Shown in pieces: positions 50,201 through 59,557 of a stretch of 64,000 nt of DNA; position 1 is the stretch's first letter, and each line of letters starts with the position of its first letter. Source of the stretch: a virus; IMG/VR virus record IMGVR_UViG_3300020204_000005; one strand, written 5' to 3'. Below the pieces are notes generated by a model. It was not told the origin of the DNA and did no database searches. It worked only from the letters and a program-made list of their open reading frames with translations. A program made the translations under genes and the position numbers.

Positions 50201-52320
50201 AAAACGGGGCGGTAACAACACTTTCTCAAATATTCTCTGTTGACGCCATGGCTTGTAGACGAGTTAAAATTGGTAAAATAAAAGTAGATATTACCCCTGT
50301 GCCCGCAACAACAACTACCTCAACCGCCGCACCACCACCACCTGTAGTTGAACAACCAAAAACTGAAAACATACCTGTTGTAAAACCAAAACCTACAGTT
50401 GAGATAGTTAAAAAACTTAAAGAGGGAATCGCCAAAAAAATATTAAGAAACTTATTAACTGAATGTGATTACTTTGAATTAATTAAAGAAGAAAACCCGA
50501 TGGTTTATAACACATTCAAAGAAAAGATTAAATACTTTAATCCTACTTTCCACTCAATAACACCTGAAGGATTGAACGCTCGTTTAACATTCTTAAATCA
50601 ATGTGTTAGACCTGGAGAAACAATCCCAACGATTGGTGCTGATGGTAAACCAAAATATAATGACGCAGTTAATACGTCATTCGGAGCTCCACCTGTATTA
50701 GTATTAAGAATAGGTGATTTCTACCACACTAAAATAATACCTACAGGATTACAGTTCCAATATGAACCAATTACCTTTGACATGAATCCTGAAGGTATCG
50801 GTATCCAACCAATGATGGCCAACGTAACATTGAGTTTTAATATCATCGGAGGAATGGGTCTTGCAAAACCTGTAGAACAATTACAAAACGCACTTTCATT
50901 TAACTATTATGCGAATACTGAAATATACGATGAAAGAGCAGTTGCAACTGAAGATACATCAGCATTAGATAAAGAAGTTGTCGATGCGATATTGGCTTCA
51001 GAAGTCCCTGCAACAGTTAATAATGTTGACACACAACAAACAAATAATGGAGGTTCAACAATCGGCACAATTATAACCAACATCCCCGTCCAAGGTGGCC
51101 AGGAAGGTGAAATTAGTTATGCTGATATTATGGATAAATTATTAACCGAAACAAAAAATTATTTTGAAACTGTGGTTAATAAATTAGAAAGTACTAATCT
51201 ACAATACTCATATCCTGTAGTTAGTATGTTAAGTAAAGACCCTTTATATTATGATGGTTATATATTTTTAGGTGACCCAACAGTTAATGACCCAGGACCT
51301 AACGGTAATAAAAAAACTGTCGAAATTTTTGGTAAATCTAACAATGTTGAGGACTTAATTAATAAAGAATTTAAACTTTGTATTGAGGATATTGATAACG
51401 ACTTTAACCCTATTATTGATAAACTTCTAAAAAAATATGGTTTTGCTCAGTCACCTGAAAAACTAAACGGAGTTAAGAATAATATGAAAGAATATATTTC
51501 TAACTTAGAAAAGACATTCACAAATGGAGTATCAACTATCATACAAGATTTAACATTATTCCAACAGAACTATGTACAGTTAATTAGAAAAGTAAATTTA
51601 GTTACAAGTAAAACTGATGGTAAAATTTTAGATACTAATTTACCTAGAGTTTATAGTTTATATAATGCTCCTGACCAAACTGGTAAAATAGATGAAAAAA
51701 CCGTAACTGTACTTGAAGAATTATCTTACGATTATGGTAGATTGGAAACCGCTATGGGTTTATTCATACCATTATTAAAAGATAAAGATAAAGGTTTTAG
51801 AATAGCGTTTGATGATAAAGAATATGTTGAGACTGGTAATTTTAGATTATTAAATCAAGGGGATTTTGAGGGAGGTAATACCCAATCTACATTTGCGAAT
51901 CAAAATTTCTTCTTAATTATGTGTAGAATATTAACTGATAAAAATAAAAAAGATGAATTTATTAATTACGTTATTAAAGGTGATATATTGAATATTAAAG
52001 ACCCTGTAAATTTAAAAAATAAATTTGAAAATATTGTAGATGACTTAGAAAAAATATATAAAAAAGAGTTAAAAGAAGAAGAAAAAATATATGATAAGTT
52101 AAAGAAAAATTCTACTTACAAAGATTTAACAGAAGGTATAAATGAAGTTATGTACACACCTAAAAAAACAAGAAAATGTAGTTATACTACAGTACCCAAC
52201 CAAAATACCGAAACTGTTAAGTTCCAAACTACAGAAATTAGTAATTTATATAAATCGGTAAATACCCCACCAGATGATAATAAAACTTACATAGGAAAAG
52301 TTAAATTTAGTAAAACATAA
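47215..52320 (+). CDS. large baseplate/tube-initiator protein (gp48/gp54-like domains) with embedded OmpA-like domain
   Basis: MWFPPYNLSFSD...GRPEPIYTY...RSGTLSW; LRIGDFYHTKI; GSAS...YNVNLSKRRNDSV; TATTTATA at 47192-47199. Confidence 0.65.
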   Translation: MSDSTLSFSSSSSFRDVLMARNLPPYDVPGVYTPPSGPLNYEVVQTVSNVIDSPDELIANDPFAQQLYPLNEYGPEGGYNLNITYNGPPLPVDSNKGEYDPTDTVLDLVNEFYIDAAYIENKFGPEGGFKDMVVIDNIQNNNKIYLPYWNPPIFTPSVYTPYEILINNNPAGLSQDSFIAKLGAQQLRALFQERVAAELFQNTVGLVNLESLSDPFEASLIITGQEPLIYRNWRITVAENPIVAAVDFATRLTGAYWPVSPIPGDYFEENEPNAGASSQISGALNVVNQLTGGFLGPILNKTRNPSEIFLANTGNGQRSALFANINYNRYKPDYKKNFGGLLGVAQALVNLAVNLIDPNNGTLVGGYYVGSRNAEPSTITSPPNQVPVNPFGKQEQAPVYGPSELGILYEGNENKINFGLAGKSSSDGGGIDGQFVWTSPKYKGDAGYKATVGGGTGSLDEEFNQIASQYSRGESTNITFKQSSILDQTQRLVDSADNVSGINRLKHVGNAINQVSKVFNDGYKEMTKGSQVVSYKDNTTGEQVGTEYCRVFTKDTPYYTYADLQKTDGITTSGRRFTNSVFDNTYNLNIAPLKNPGSTNIQPNAKGDLVAKKYMFSIENLAWRTSSRPGFTYDELPVCEKGPNGGRVMWFPPYNLSFSDSSSPNFTPTNIMGRPEPIYTYNNTSRSGTLSWKIIVDHPSIMNVLVDKQLKGQNSERVNSIIDSFFAGCVKYDIYELAKKFNTIPTKDLFTYQEILNNPRLTPEELAGINKEIPKENTADGGANSTPTGNQNTNTDVSSTPDTSGKDFEGKYQDLAFYFHNDRPDPNSSNTVASKPFNVWYESYTTTDFIQKYVNNADAIFKSDSKSRNVKQFFDTVIIPNFNAIAKNEKNFIVEAYNLIKEKKAKITVEMVGSASAPATKDYNVNLSKRRNDSVIKFLKATTIGEANLSKYIDDGSLKFTLLSEGETIVIPKAPDDSPAKGPGFDVNCTTDIKDKNGAVTTLSQIFSVDAMACRRVKIGKIKVDITPVPATTTTSTAAPPPPVVEQPKTENIPVVKPKPTVEIVKKLKEGIAKKILRNLLTECDYFELIKEENPMVYNTFKEKIKYFNPTFHSITPEGLNARLTFLNQCVRPGETIPTIGADGKPKYNDAVNTSFGAPPVLVLRIGDFYHTKIIPTGLQFQYEPITFDMNPEGIGIQPMMANVTLSFNIIGGMGLAKPVEQLQNALSFNYYANTEIYDERAVATEDTSALDKEVVDAILASEVPATVNNVDTQQTNNGGSTIGTIITNIPVQGGQEGEISYADIMDKLLTETKNYFETVVNKLESTNLQYSYPVVSMLSKDPLYYDGYIFLGDPTVNDPGPNGNKKTVEIFGKSNNVEDLINKEFKLCIEDIDNDFNPIIDKLLKKYGFAQSPEKLNGVKNNMKEYISNLEKTFTNGVSTIIQDLTLFQQNYVQLIRKVNLVTSKTDGKILDTNLPRVYSLYNAPDQTGKIDEKTVTVLEELSYDYGRLETAMGLFIPLLKDKDKGFRIAFDDKEYVETGNFRLLNQGDFEGGNTQSTFANQNFFLIMCRILTDKNKKDEFINYVIKGDILNIKDPVNLKNKFENIVDDLEKIYKKELKEEEKIYDKLKKNSTYKDLTEGINEVMYTPKKTRKCSYTTVPNQNTETVKFQTTEISNLYKSVNTPPDDNKTYIGKVKFSKT

Positions 52321-52643
52321 TGGCAAGACAAAGTTATAATAGATATTCGGATTTTTTAGTTGACGGACAACAAACGGTTGTTCCGTATATCACCCTACCC
52401 TCAAAATCTACGGATAAAAGGTTTATATATAAAGTTGGTCAATCTAGAATGGATAAGATTTCACAACAATATTACGGGTCCCCAACTTTTGGATGGTTAA
52501 TAATGATGGGTAATCCTATATATGGAGGACAAGAATGGAATATTCCTGACGGAACTATATTGACAATTCCATTTCCTTTAGTAGCTTCTTTACAGGACTA
52601 TAAAAATCAATTAGACAACCACTTCTTCTATTATGGTAGATAA
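52320..52643 (+). CDS. LysM-like baseplate wedge protein (gp53-like)
   Basis: YKVGQSRMDKISQQYYGSPTFGWLIMMGNP. Confidence 0.75.
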   Translation: MARQSYNRYSDFLVDGQQTVVPYITLPSKSTDKRFIYKVGQSRMDKISQQYYGSPTFGWLIMMGNPIYGGQEWNIPDGTILTIPFPLVASLQDYKNQLDNHFFYYGR

Positions 52644-55600
52644 CAATGAAAATATTTTAGTTGAATTTGATTACAACAATATAACAGTCATAGACCCTAA
52701 CAAAGTTATTGACGAAAATGGTAATGCCAAAGAACGATTAGTTAAACATGAAAATTTGGTAATGTATGCCAATTTAGAGTGTAAAGTAATCCCAAGAACT
52801 AAATTGGCGGTTGGTGTTGCAAGTAATGATGCGATACAAACAATTTCATTAGCGTCGATTAATTTTTTAAAACCTGGTGGTAAGACTTTTTTAGATAATG
52901 CTTATACTGATGAAATAACGGGTAAAGATACTGTAAAGGGTGAGGGAATTAATCAACCTGTAACTAAAGCGGTAAAAAATCCGCAAAATAGTGATGACAC
53001 TTATTTAAGACAGAGTATTAACTCTTATGGTAAGGCAGGTTCTGTTGATAATGGATTGTTAGGTATAACATCTATTAGTATTAGTTATGATTTGTCATTT
53101 ATGGCAACCATAACTATAAAATTGGTTGACATTAAAGGGAGAGCTTTATTTGAAGCGGGTGATAACTCACCATATGCCGCATTCTTCAATTTGCCATACC
53201 CAATGTTTTATTTAACGTTAAAAGGATATTATGGTAAAGCGGTTAGATTACCATTAATGTTAAACACCTTTAACGCGTCATTTAACTCATTTTCAGGTAA
53301 TTTCGATATTGATTTGAAATTTTACACTTATAAATTCACTATATTAAGTGAATTGTCTATGGGTTATTTATTAGCCGCCCCCCACATGTATCAATCAAGA
53401 ATTAAAATTGAGACTAAACAAGGTACTGCCAGTCAATTTACACCTGTTGAAGATAGTGTTGTTGAGAGAGGGTTTCAAAAAGTTAAAGAAATGTATAGTG
53501 AATATAAATCAAAAGGATTAATTCCTGATGATTTTCCTGAGATTACTTTGATGCAAATGCAAGACAAGATTGAAGTATTCATTAAAAATGTTATGGATTC
53601 ATTTACAAAACAAAATTTAGATTCTATAACCGATATTGAGACTTATGATAAAATATTAAAAGAATATAAGAAAAAAGTTTATTTAGGTAAGGGTAATTCT
53701 TGGTTTGATACATATATGGATTCTAAAAATTATTATGTATTAAACGATACTGATAAAACTAGAGTATATACTTTTAAATCAGAATATAATGATGAAACTA
53801 AAAGAGAAGAAGGAATAACAAAATTAAAAGGTATTCTCGCCGAAAACAATGACTTACTTAATAAAAATGCAACAGTAGGAACTAATGGTAAATACACTAT
53901 AAATAATAAAAGTAAAAACGTTTCAGTACCTAATAAAATCACTTATGAGATTTTTCCAAAAACAATAACTAGTAGTAATGATATTGATATTAATGAAACT
54001 TACAGACAAAGAAAAAAGAGTAAAAAAGAGCCACCCGACTCTGAGAAAAAAGAATTATTAGCTGAATTAGACAGAACTAACCAATTTAATTCTGGTTCAA
54101 TAAAGAATAAAGACGGTAGTACCAATCCTGTTTATACTTATTTTGTTTTTGAAGGTACTAATACATTCTTAGACTTAGCGGACAAGATGAGTAAAGACTT
54201 GTTAGCGATTAGAGAAGAAGTGGAAGTTGAGTTGACCAAAGCTTTATCTGAATTGTTACAAGATAAAAACTCAGGTATTGGGTTTGTACCAAACATCAGA
54301 AATGTTTTAGCGGTTATTTTTGCAAATGGTGAAGCGTTTTTAAGAATGATGGATGATGTACATACCGCAGCTTGGGAACAAAGAGATAACAAGTATAGAA
54401 AGGCAGTAATTTTTGATAAACAAGTGGCAGGAGCGTCCGCAGATGCGGTTTTATCGGGTGATGATAGTAACACCCCTGTATACCCTTGGCCACAATTAAT
54501 TGTTGAGACAACAGGTGAGAACGGTCAGGAAAAATATGAAATTAAATACCCTGGAGACCCTTCTATTGTAAATAGAACCAAAGGGTATCTTTTTGATGTT
54601 TGGCCTGAAATAGAATTTGTTGAAGAATTTATAAAAGGGTTAGCGGAAAGAAAAAGTCCAGCACCAAACCCGTCAGAAAATAATAATGAAGTTACGGACC
54701 CAAAAAGAACATCTTTTAATGCGATTGAATTCCCTGTAACTAATGAAGTATATGGAAACAAAGAAGAAGTTAAATTTTTCTATGAGATTTACGAAAGAAT
54801 TATTATGGTATCGAATTATTCTAAATTATCGAGAAGTAATAATAAAACATCTGAAGGTGATGTAATAACAAATATTATTGCCGAATCAGAAAGCCAAAAT
54901 ATTGTTAAGAGTTTATCTAATGATAATCCATTCTTAATACAAAAATTAAAAAATTACGGTATTAACGCATCCAACTTTACAACAATATTAAGACAATTTT
55001 CAAACGAAGGAATTGGAGAAAGTTGGCAAAATTTTATTAGGGGTGAGTTTAATACTAAGTACCTTAAAAACGATATTAAAAATTCTAGTTTTGAATTTAT
55101 CGATGTGGACATTATTAACAAATCAATTTCACAACCTTTAGTTTCATTAGAAAATGAAGACGCTGCAATTGAGATTATTACTAATTCTACCAACACTAAT
55201 AAATTTGATACTACAGACACATTCCCATTCACTAATAAACAATGGGATAAAACTTATTTGGCTAATGGTACTACTATTGTCGACGCAAATGGAACTTTAG
55301 ATACTAGAAAAGTATTAAATTACAATAAAAATAAAAAATTAATTACAAATTTCTTAGACACAACATCAACAGATAAAGTTAGACCAATTACAAACTTTAA
55401 TTTCATAAGTGTTGAGGTACCAAATATAATTAATTTTAAAGACGATTTAAAATCATTCTATAGTAGTAGAACTTTTGACAAACAATTACCTACTGAAGGT
55501 AATTTAAGATATTCTAACTATAACGGTAATGTGGTTAATGACCAAACAACGTCAATGTTTAACACACCTTATTTTATTAATTCAATTCAAGAAGGTGTTA

Positions 55601-58600
55601 AAAATTTTAGAAATAATAACCAATACCCATTTGTCTCTTCCGCATATTATTTTATTAATAGCTTACCTTTAGCGACATTAAGGGAGAAATTTAAAACATA
55701 TGAAAACAATGTTGCTAGTGATTTAGATTATATTTTTGCATCCTTTAAAAAATACGGGGCGATTCATAAATTACCTTACGCTTGGATTTTAAAAATTGGT
55801 TCTGTTTGGCATCGATATAAAAAATTTATTGAGGATGGTGTAGATATTTTAGACGGGTCTTGGAAATCTTTTGATTATGCGTTTAATTTTGACCCTGTAA
55901 CAACCGCCACTACAAGAAATTATGCTTTAATAATTGATGAGGCACCCATAGATATTGTTCTACAAAAAGACACAACAATAGGAACCGAATTATCTTCATT
56001 AATAAATGTTGGGTTTTATCCGCAATTAATTAATGATTTTAATGTATTTTATCAAGGATACCAAATATTCGAGGGGTACACCGATTCTCAGATACAGTCA
56101 GGTATTACATCAGGAACTTCAGTATATTATGTCGATAGCGCTATTATTAACGAAGCGGAAGGATTCGACCCTAATAACGATATGAGGGATTTAAGAATTA
56201 TACCTTGGTCTGTAACCGTAGATGAGGTAAATAAAAAATTCACATATATAATGCCATCACATGGTTCTGATATTAATCAAACAAAAAATGAGTGTTTTAA
56301 AGACGGTAAGTTAAATATTGAAGTTAATTCTAACCAATCAATTTATAATGGTTCTGTTAGATTATTTTGGGCAGCACCCCAATATGGGTATTTTGACCAT
56401 TCTAAAATAGTTAAACCAACACCGTTTGATTATATGAAACAAGTTTTTTCGGGACAATCGTTACAAGAGAACTTCTCAATTAACGGAACACCCGACAAGT
56501 ATTCTAAATTTAGCGAAATGTTGTCAGTCTTCCAAAAAGAAATATTAGATGGTTTCGAAGATGAGTTTTTAAAGTTTTCTAGGTCAATATATGATTATAG
56601 CGATTTCCCAGCAAATGCTGATGAAACAACAAAATCGTTTAAAAACTTCCAAATGTTATTCAGGTCCTTAATGAAGGTACCTATTTTGACAGGGGCAACA
56701 GGAAGTGAAATCGTTGATAAAATACAGGATAAACAAACATCAACTATTGCGGAAACCGTTAAGGCGTTTTTGAATTATGACGTTATTTTTAAATATGGTA
56801 ACCCATCATCATACGATAGAAAATTATTTTTAACCTTCTCAACACTACCATTAACTGACCCATACACTTGGGAAAGTTATAAAAGTGTAACACCTAATTC
56901 ATTACCTACTAATGGTGGTGGTGTTACTTTATCGTCATCGCAATCAACTTTTAATTTGGCGTGGGATGCTCTATATTTAAATGTTGGGTTTTCGGAAATA
57001 CCACAGTTGGCATACACCAATAATGGTTCATATATAACAGATTTCTTTATTGATTTAGATGTTGCGTTCACACCCGACAATGTTAAATTATTTGCACCAA
57101 TCATTAAAATATATGCAACACAGAAATTAAACAAATTCCAACCTGACCCAATACCACCTGTAGACCCACCACCAACAACTCCTAGTAGTATTGTTGGAAT
57201 TGCGAATTTAGCGAGTGGTGATACTATAACAGTTAGAACTGAGATGGGTAAAAAAGTCGCTTATGTTGCAAATAACACAGGACTTATTTTATTTGAAAGT
57301 TTACCTAAAATATCTCCACCAACAACAGGATTTACACAATCATTAATTGATGAAACAATTATTCTTTTTTACGGTTCCTTGGCGACAAACCCAACGGATA
57401 AACAATATATTGTTAATATAGAATTTTTCTCACCACCTACATATCCACAAATACCAAACGCACAATCAAAAGAAGGTCAGACTGCTTTTTATGAGGTAAT
57501 GACAAATTATCTATTAGGGATAGAAAATTTCCAAGGTAAAGTAGTAAATAACTTAATGATTAAGTTACAAAAATCATTACCTGATGTTAACAACACTCCC
57601 GAAAGTCAGGTAGAATCAAAATTAGATGGTGACCAAAGTAAAGTTGAATATTGGGAAACCTTTAAATCATTAAATGATAAATGGGTTTCAGGAAATGATT
57701 TTAAGAATAAAACATTATTTGAAGATGTTTTATTATTGGATAGAGCAAGTAGAAATATTGGAGATAAAGTTTTAGTTGATATTTTTAAACTTAAAAATAG
57801 ATTGTTAAATATTAATACCAAAGCTTCTATTTTAACTTTTGTACAAAGTATTTTAGTGGAAAATCATTTTGTGGTTATGAACATACCATCATATGTTAAT
57901 TTCTATAATGTACAAGATGCTATTAAGAATCCTAAACCAAAACCTGAAGGGACTTTAGAATTTGCCAATACTTTATTTGGTACATTTTTAAATGTAGATT
58001 ATAGAGATTCATCAGCAAAAATGGTTTGTTTCTATGCAGGTAAACCAAGTGAACAATTGGATTTAAAAAACAATGTTGATTTTAGATATAGAAATGATGC
58101 TTTTGATTTAAGAAGGTCAAGCGATAATCCTTTAGTTGAGAATCAAATTAATAAAAACGACTGGGATAAATCTAATAAAGTGGTTGGGTTTAATATTGAC
58201 ATAGGACCTCAAAATCAAGGGATTTTTAAATCCTTTTCAGTTAGCCAAAGTGCGGGAAAGGCAACCGCAGAATCGTTACAAGTGACTAATGAGATGGCTA
58301 ACCAAGGAGGTAACCGAGGTGCAACAACTCAAAACGTTTCTTTATATAATTTATATAAAAATAGAAGTTATGAATGTAGTGTTTCTATGTTAGGGAACGC
58401 ATTGATACAACCAACGATGTATTTTAACTTAAGATATGTCCCTATGTTTAGTGGACCATATATGATTCAATCTGTGACACATACAATAACAACCTCTGAT
58501 TTTGAAACTACTTTTACAGGGATTAGACAACCTACGGCATCATTACCAAAAATAGATAAATTCTTACAATCTTTACGTAATAATTTATTACAAGGTGTGT

Positions 58601-59274
58601 TGGAAAAAAATAAACAAGCTAAGAAGGGTGAAACTAAAGATTCTAAAGGTAATGTAATATCGCAAAAAGATAAAGTAACATCAAATGCTAGTGGTAATGA
58701 AGAAGTTGTCCAATCTCCAGCATGTACCACCGCAAGTAATTACAGTACTTATACAACATTGAGTTCACCTGCGGAAAAACAAATTTCGTTTAGAGATGCT
58801 TATGGGACTATTATGTCATTAATGACAAGTAATAATATTGTTGATGATGGTAAATTAAAATTCGTTGTTTTCTCAGCGTTATATCTTAAATCAGGAACAT
58901 CGACAGGATTTAAAACATACGAAAGTAATTATTCGGGTGTCGATTTAACCAAATATTGGGGAGGGTCAAGTAGTTATTTCGAAACAAGTAAAAATTATTT
59001 CTGTGTTAAAAATAATGACAGTGGTTTAACATTACCATATGCGGTATTTGAAAGTAGTTCTAAAAATATTGAAATGTTATTGATTAGATGGAAGGATAGA
59101 ATGGTTAATGTTCCTAATAGTGAACCTAAATCAATTACTAAATTTTTAATATTAAATAATAGTGCTGAAGTTTTAAATGAGAACGTCTACACAACAATGG
59201 ACCCAACACAACTCTCAAACTTAGAATCTAAAGTTCTAACCGCGGTTACTAAATTTTTAGAAATGAGTGTATAA
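52633..59274 (+). CDS. giant baseplate hub protein (gp27/VgrG-like halves split by a very large insert)
   Basis: N: LGITSISISY...TIKLVDIKG; C: SMLGNALIQPTMYFNL...FSGPYMIQSVTHTI...FETTFTG; 2213 aa. Confidence 0.65.
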   Translation: MVDNNENILVEFDYNNITVIDPNKVIDENGNAKERLVKHENLVMYANLECKVIPRTKLAVGVASNDAIQTISLASINFLKPGGKTFLDNAYTDEITGKDTVKGEGINQPVTKAVKNPQNSDDTYLRQSINSYGKAGSVDNGLLGITSISISYDLSFMATITIKLVDIKGRALFEAGDNSPYAAFFNLPYPMFYLTLKGYYGKAVRLPLMLNTFNASFNSFSGNFDIDLKFYTYKFTILSELSMGYLLAAPHMYQSRIKIETKQGTASQFTPVEDSVVERGFQKVKEMYSEYKSKGLIPDDFPEITLMQMQDKIEVFIKNVMDSFTKQNLDSITDIETYDKILKEYKKKVYLGKGNSWFDTYMDSKNYYVLNDTDKTRVYTFKSEYNDETKREEGITKLKGILAENNDLLNKNATVGTNGKYTINNKSKNVSVPNKITYEIFPKTITSSNDIDINETYRQRKKSKKEPPDSEKKELLAELDRTNQFNSGSIKNKDGSTNPVYTYFVFEGTNTFLDLADKMSKDLLAIREEVEVELTKALSELLQDKNSGIGFVPNIRNVLAVIFANGEAFLRMMDDVHTAAWEQRDNKYRKAVIFDKQVAGASADAVLSGDDSNTPVYPWPQLIVETTGENGQEKYEIKYPGDPSIVNRTKGYLFDVWPEIEFVEEFIKGLAERKSPAPNPSENNNEVTDPKRTSFNAIEFPVTNEVYGNKEEVKFFYEIYERIIMVSNYSKLSRSNNKTSEGDVITNIIAESESQNIVKSLSNDNPFLIQKLKNYGINASNFTTILRQFSNEGIGESWQNFIRGEFNTKYLKNDIKNSSFEFIDVDIINKSISQPLVSLENEDAAIEIITNSTNTNKFDTTDTFPFTNKQWDKTYLANGTTIVDANGTLDTRKVLNYNKNKKLITNFLDTTSTDKVRPITNFNFISVEVPNIINFKDDLKSFYSSRTFDKQLPTEGNLRYSNYNGNVVNDQTTSMFNTPYFINSIQEGVKNFRNNNQYPFVSSAYYFINSLPLATLREKFKTYENNVASDLDYIFASFKKYGAIHKLPYAWILKIGSVWHRYKKFIEDGVDILDGSWKSFDYAFNFDPVTTATTRNYALIIDEAPIDIVLQKDTTIGTELSSLINVGFYPQLINDFNVFYQGYQIFEGYTDSQIQSGITSGTSVYYVDSAIINEAEGFDPNNDMRDLRIIPWSVTVDEVNKKFTYIMPSHGSDINQTKNECFKDGKLNIEVNSNQSIYNGSVRLFWAAPQYGYFDHSKIVKPTPFDYMKQVFSGQSLQENFSINGTPDKYSKFSEMLSVFQKEILDGFEDEFLKFSRSIYDYSDFPANADETTKSFKNFQMLFRSLMKVPILTGATGSEIVDKIQDKQTSTIAETVKAFLNYDVIFKYGNPSSYDRKLFLTFSTLPLTDPYTWESYKSVTPNSLPTNGGGVTLSSSQSTFNLAWDALYLNVGFSEIPQLAYTNNGSYITDFFIDLDVAFTPDNVKLFAPIIKIYATQKLNKFQPDPIPPVDPPPTTPSSIVGIANLASGDTITVRTEMGKKVAYVANNTGLILFESLPKISPPTTGFTQSLIDETIILFYGSLATNPTDKQYIVNIEFFSPPTYPQIPNAQSKEGQTAFYEVMTNYLLGIENFQGKVVNNLMIKLQKSLPDVNNTPESQVESKLDGDQSKVEYWETFKSLNDKWVSGNDFKNKTLFEDVLLLDRASRNIGDKVLVDIFKLKNRLLNINTKASILTFVQSILVENHFVVMNIPSYVNFYNVQDAIKNPKPKPEGTLEFANTLFGTFLNVDYRDSSAKMVCFYAGKPSEQLDLKNNVDFRYRNDAFDLRRSSDNPLVENQINKNDWDKSNKVVGFNIDIGPQNQGIFKSFSVSQSAGKATAESLQVTNEMANQGGNRGATTQNVSLYNLYKNRSYECSVSMLGNALIQPTMYFNLRYVPMFSGPYMIQSVTHTITTSDFETTFTGIRQPTASLPKIDKFLQSLRNNLLQGVLEKNKQAKKGETKDSKGNVISQKDKVTSNASGNEEVVQSPACTTASNYSTYTTLSSPAEKQISFRDAYGTIMSLMTSNNIVDDGKLKFVVFSALYLKSGTSTGFKTYESNYSGVDLTKYWGGSSSYFETSKNYFCVKNNDSGLTLPYAVFESSSKNIEMLLIRWKDRMVNVPNSEPKSITKFLILNNSAEVLNENVYTTMDPTQLSNLESKVLTAVTKFLEMSV

Positions 59275-59328
59275 ACTTAATTACAATAATTTTTATTGAA
59301 GATTGTAATATTTATAAATAAAACTATT

Positions 59329-59553
59329 ATGAACACAAAAATGATATTAGATAGTTATTTAGGTAAAAATACTAAAACTACTGAAAAGGATATGGGTGAC
59401 GGAACAAAACAAGTTTGCGACCTAGAAACAGGTGATTGTTATACTGTTAGAATGAAAGACGGTCTTATTGAAAGATTTGACAATACAGTTAAAACTAATA
59501 AAAAAATCCAAGTTGAAACTACAACAGGTGTTAAACAATTATTAAACGGATAA
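59329..59553 (+). CDS. hypothetical protein (74 aa)
   Basis: ATG at 59329 (MNTKMIL) downstream of TATTTATA 59309-59316; CDLETGDC motif. Confidence 0.6.
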   Translation: MNTKMILDSYLGKNTKTTEKDMGDGTKQVCDLETGDCYTVRMKDGLIERFDNTVKTNKKIQVETTTGVKQLLNG

Positions 59554-59557
59554 TAAA

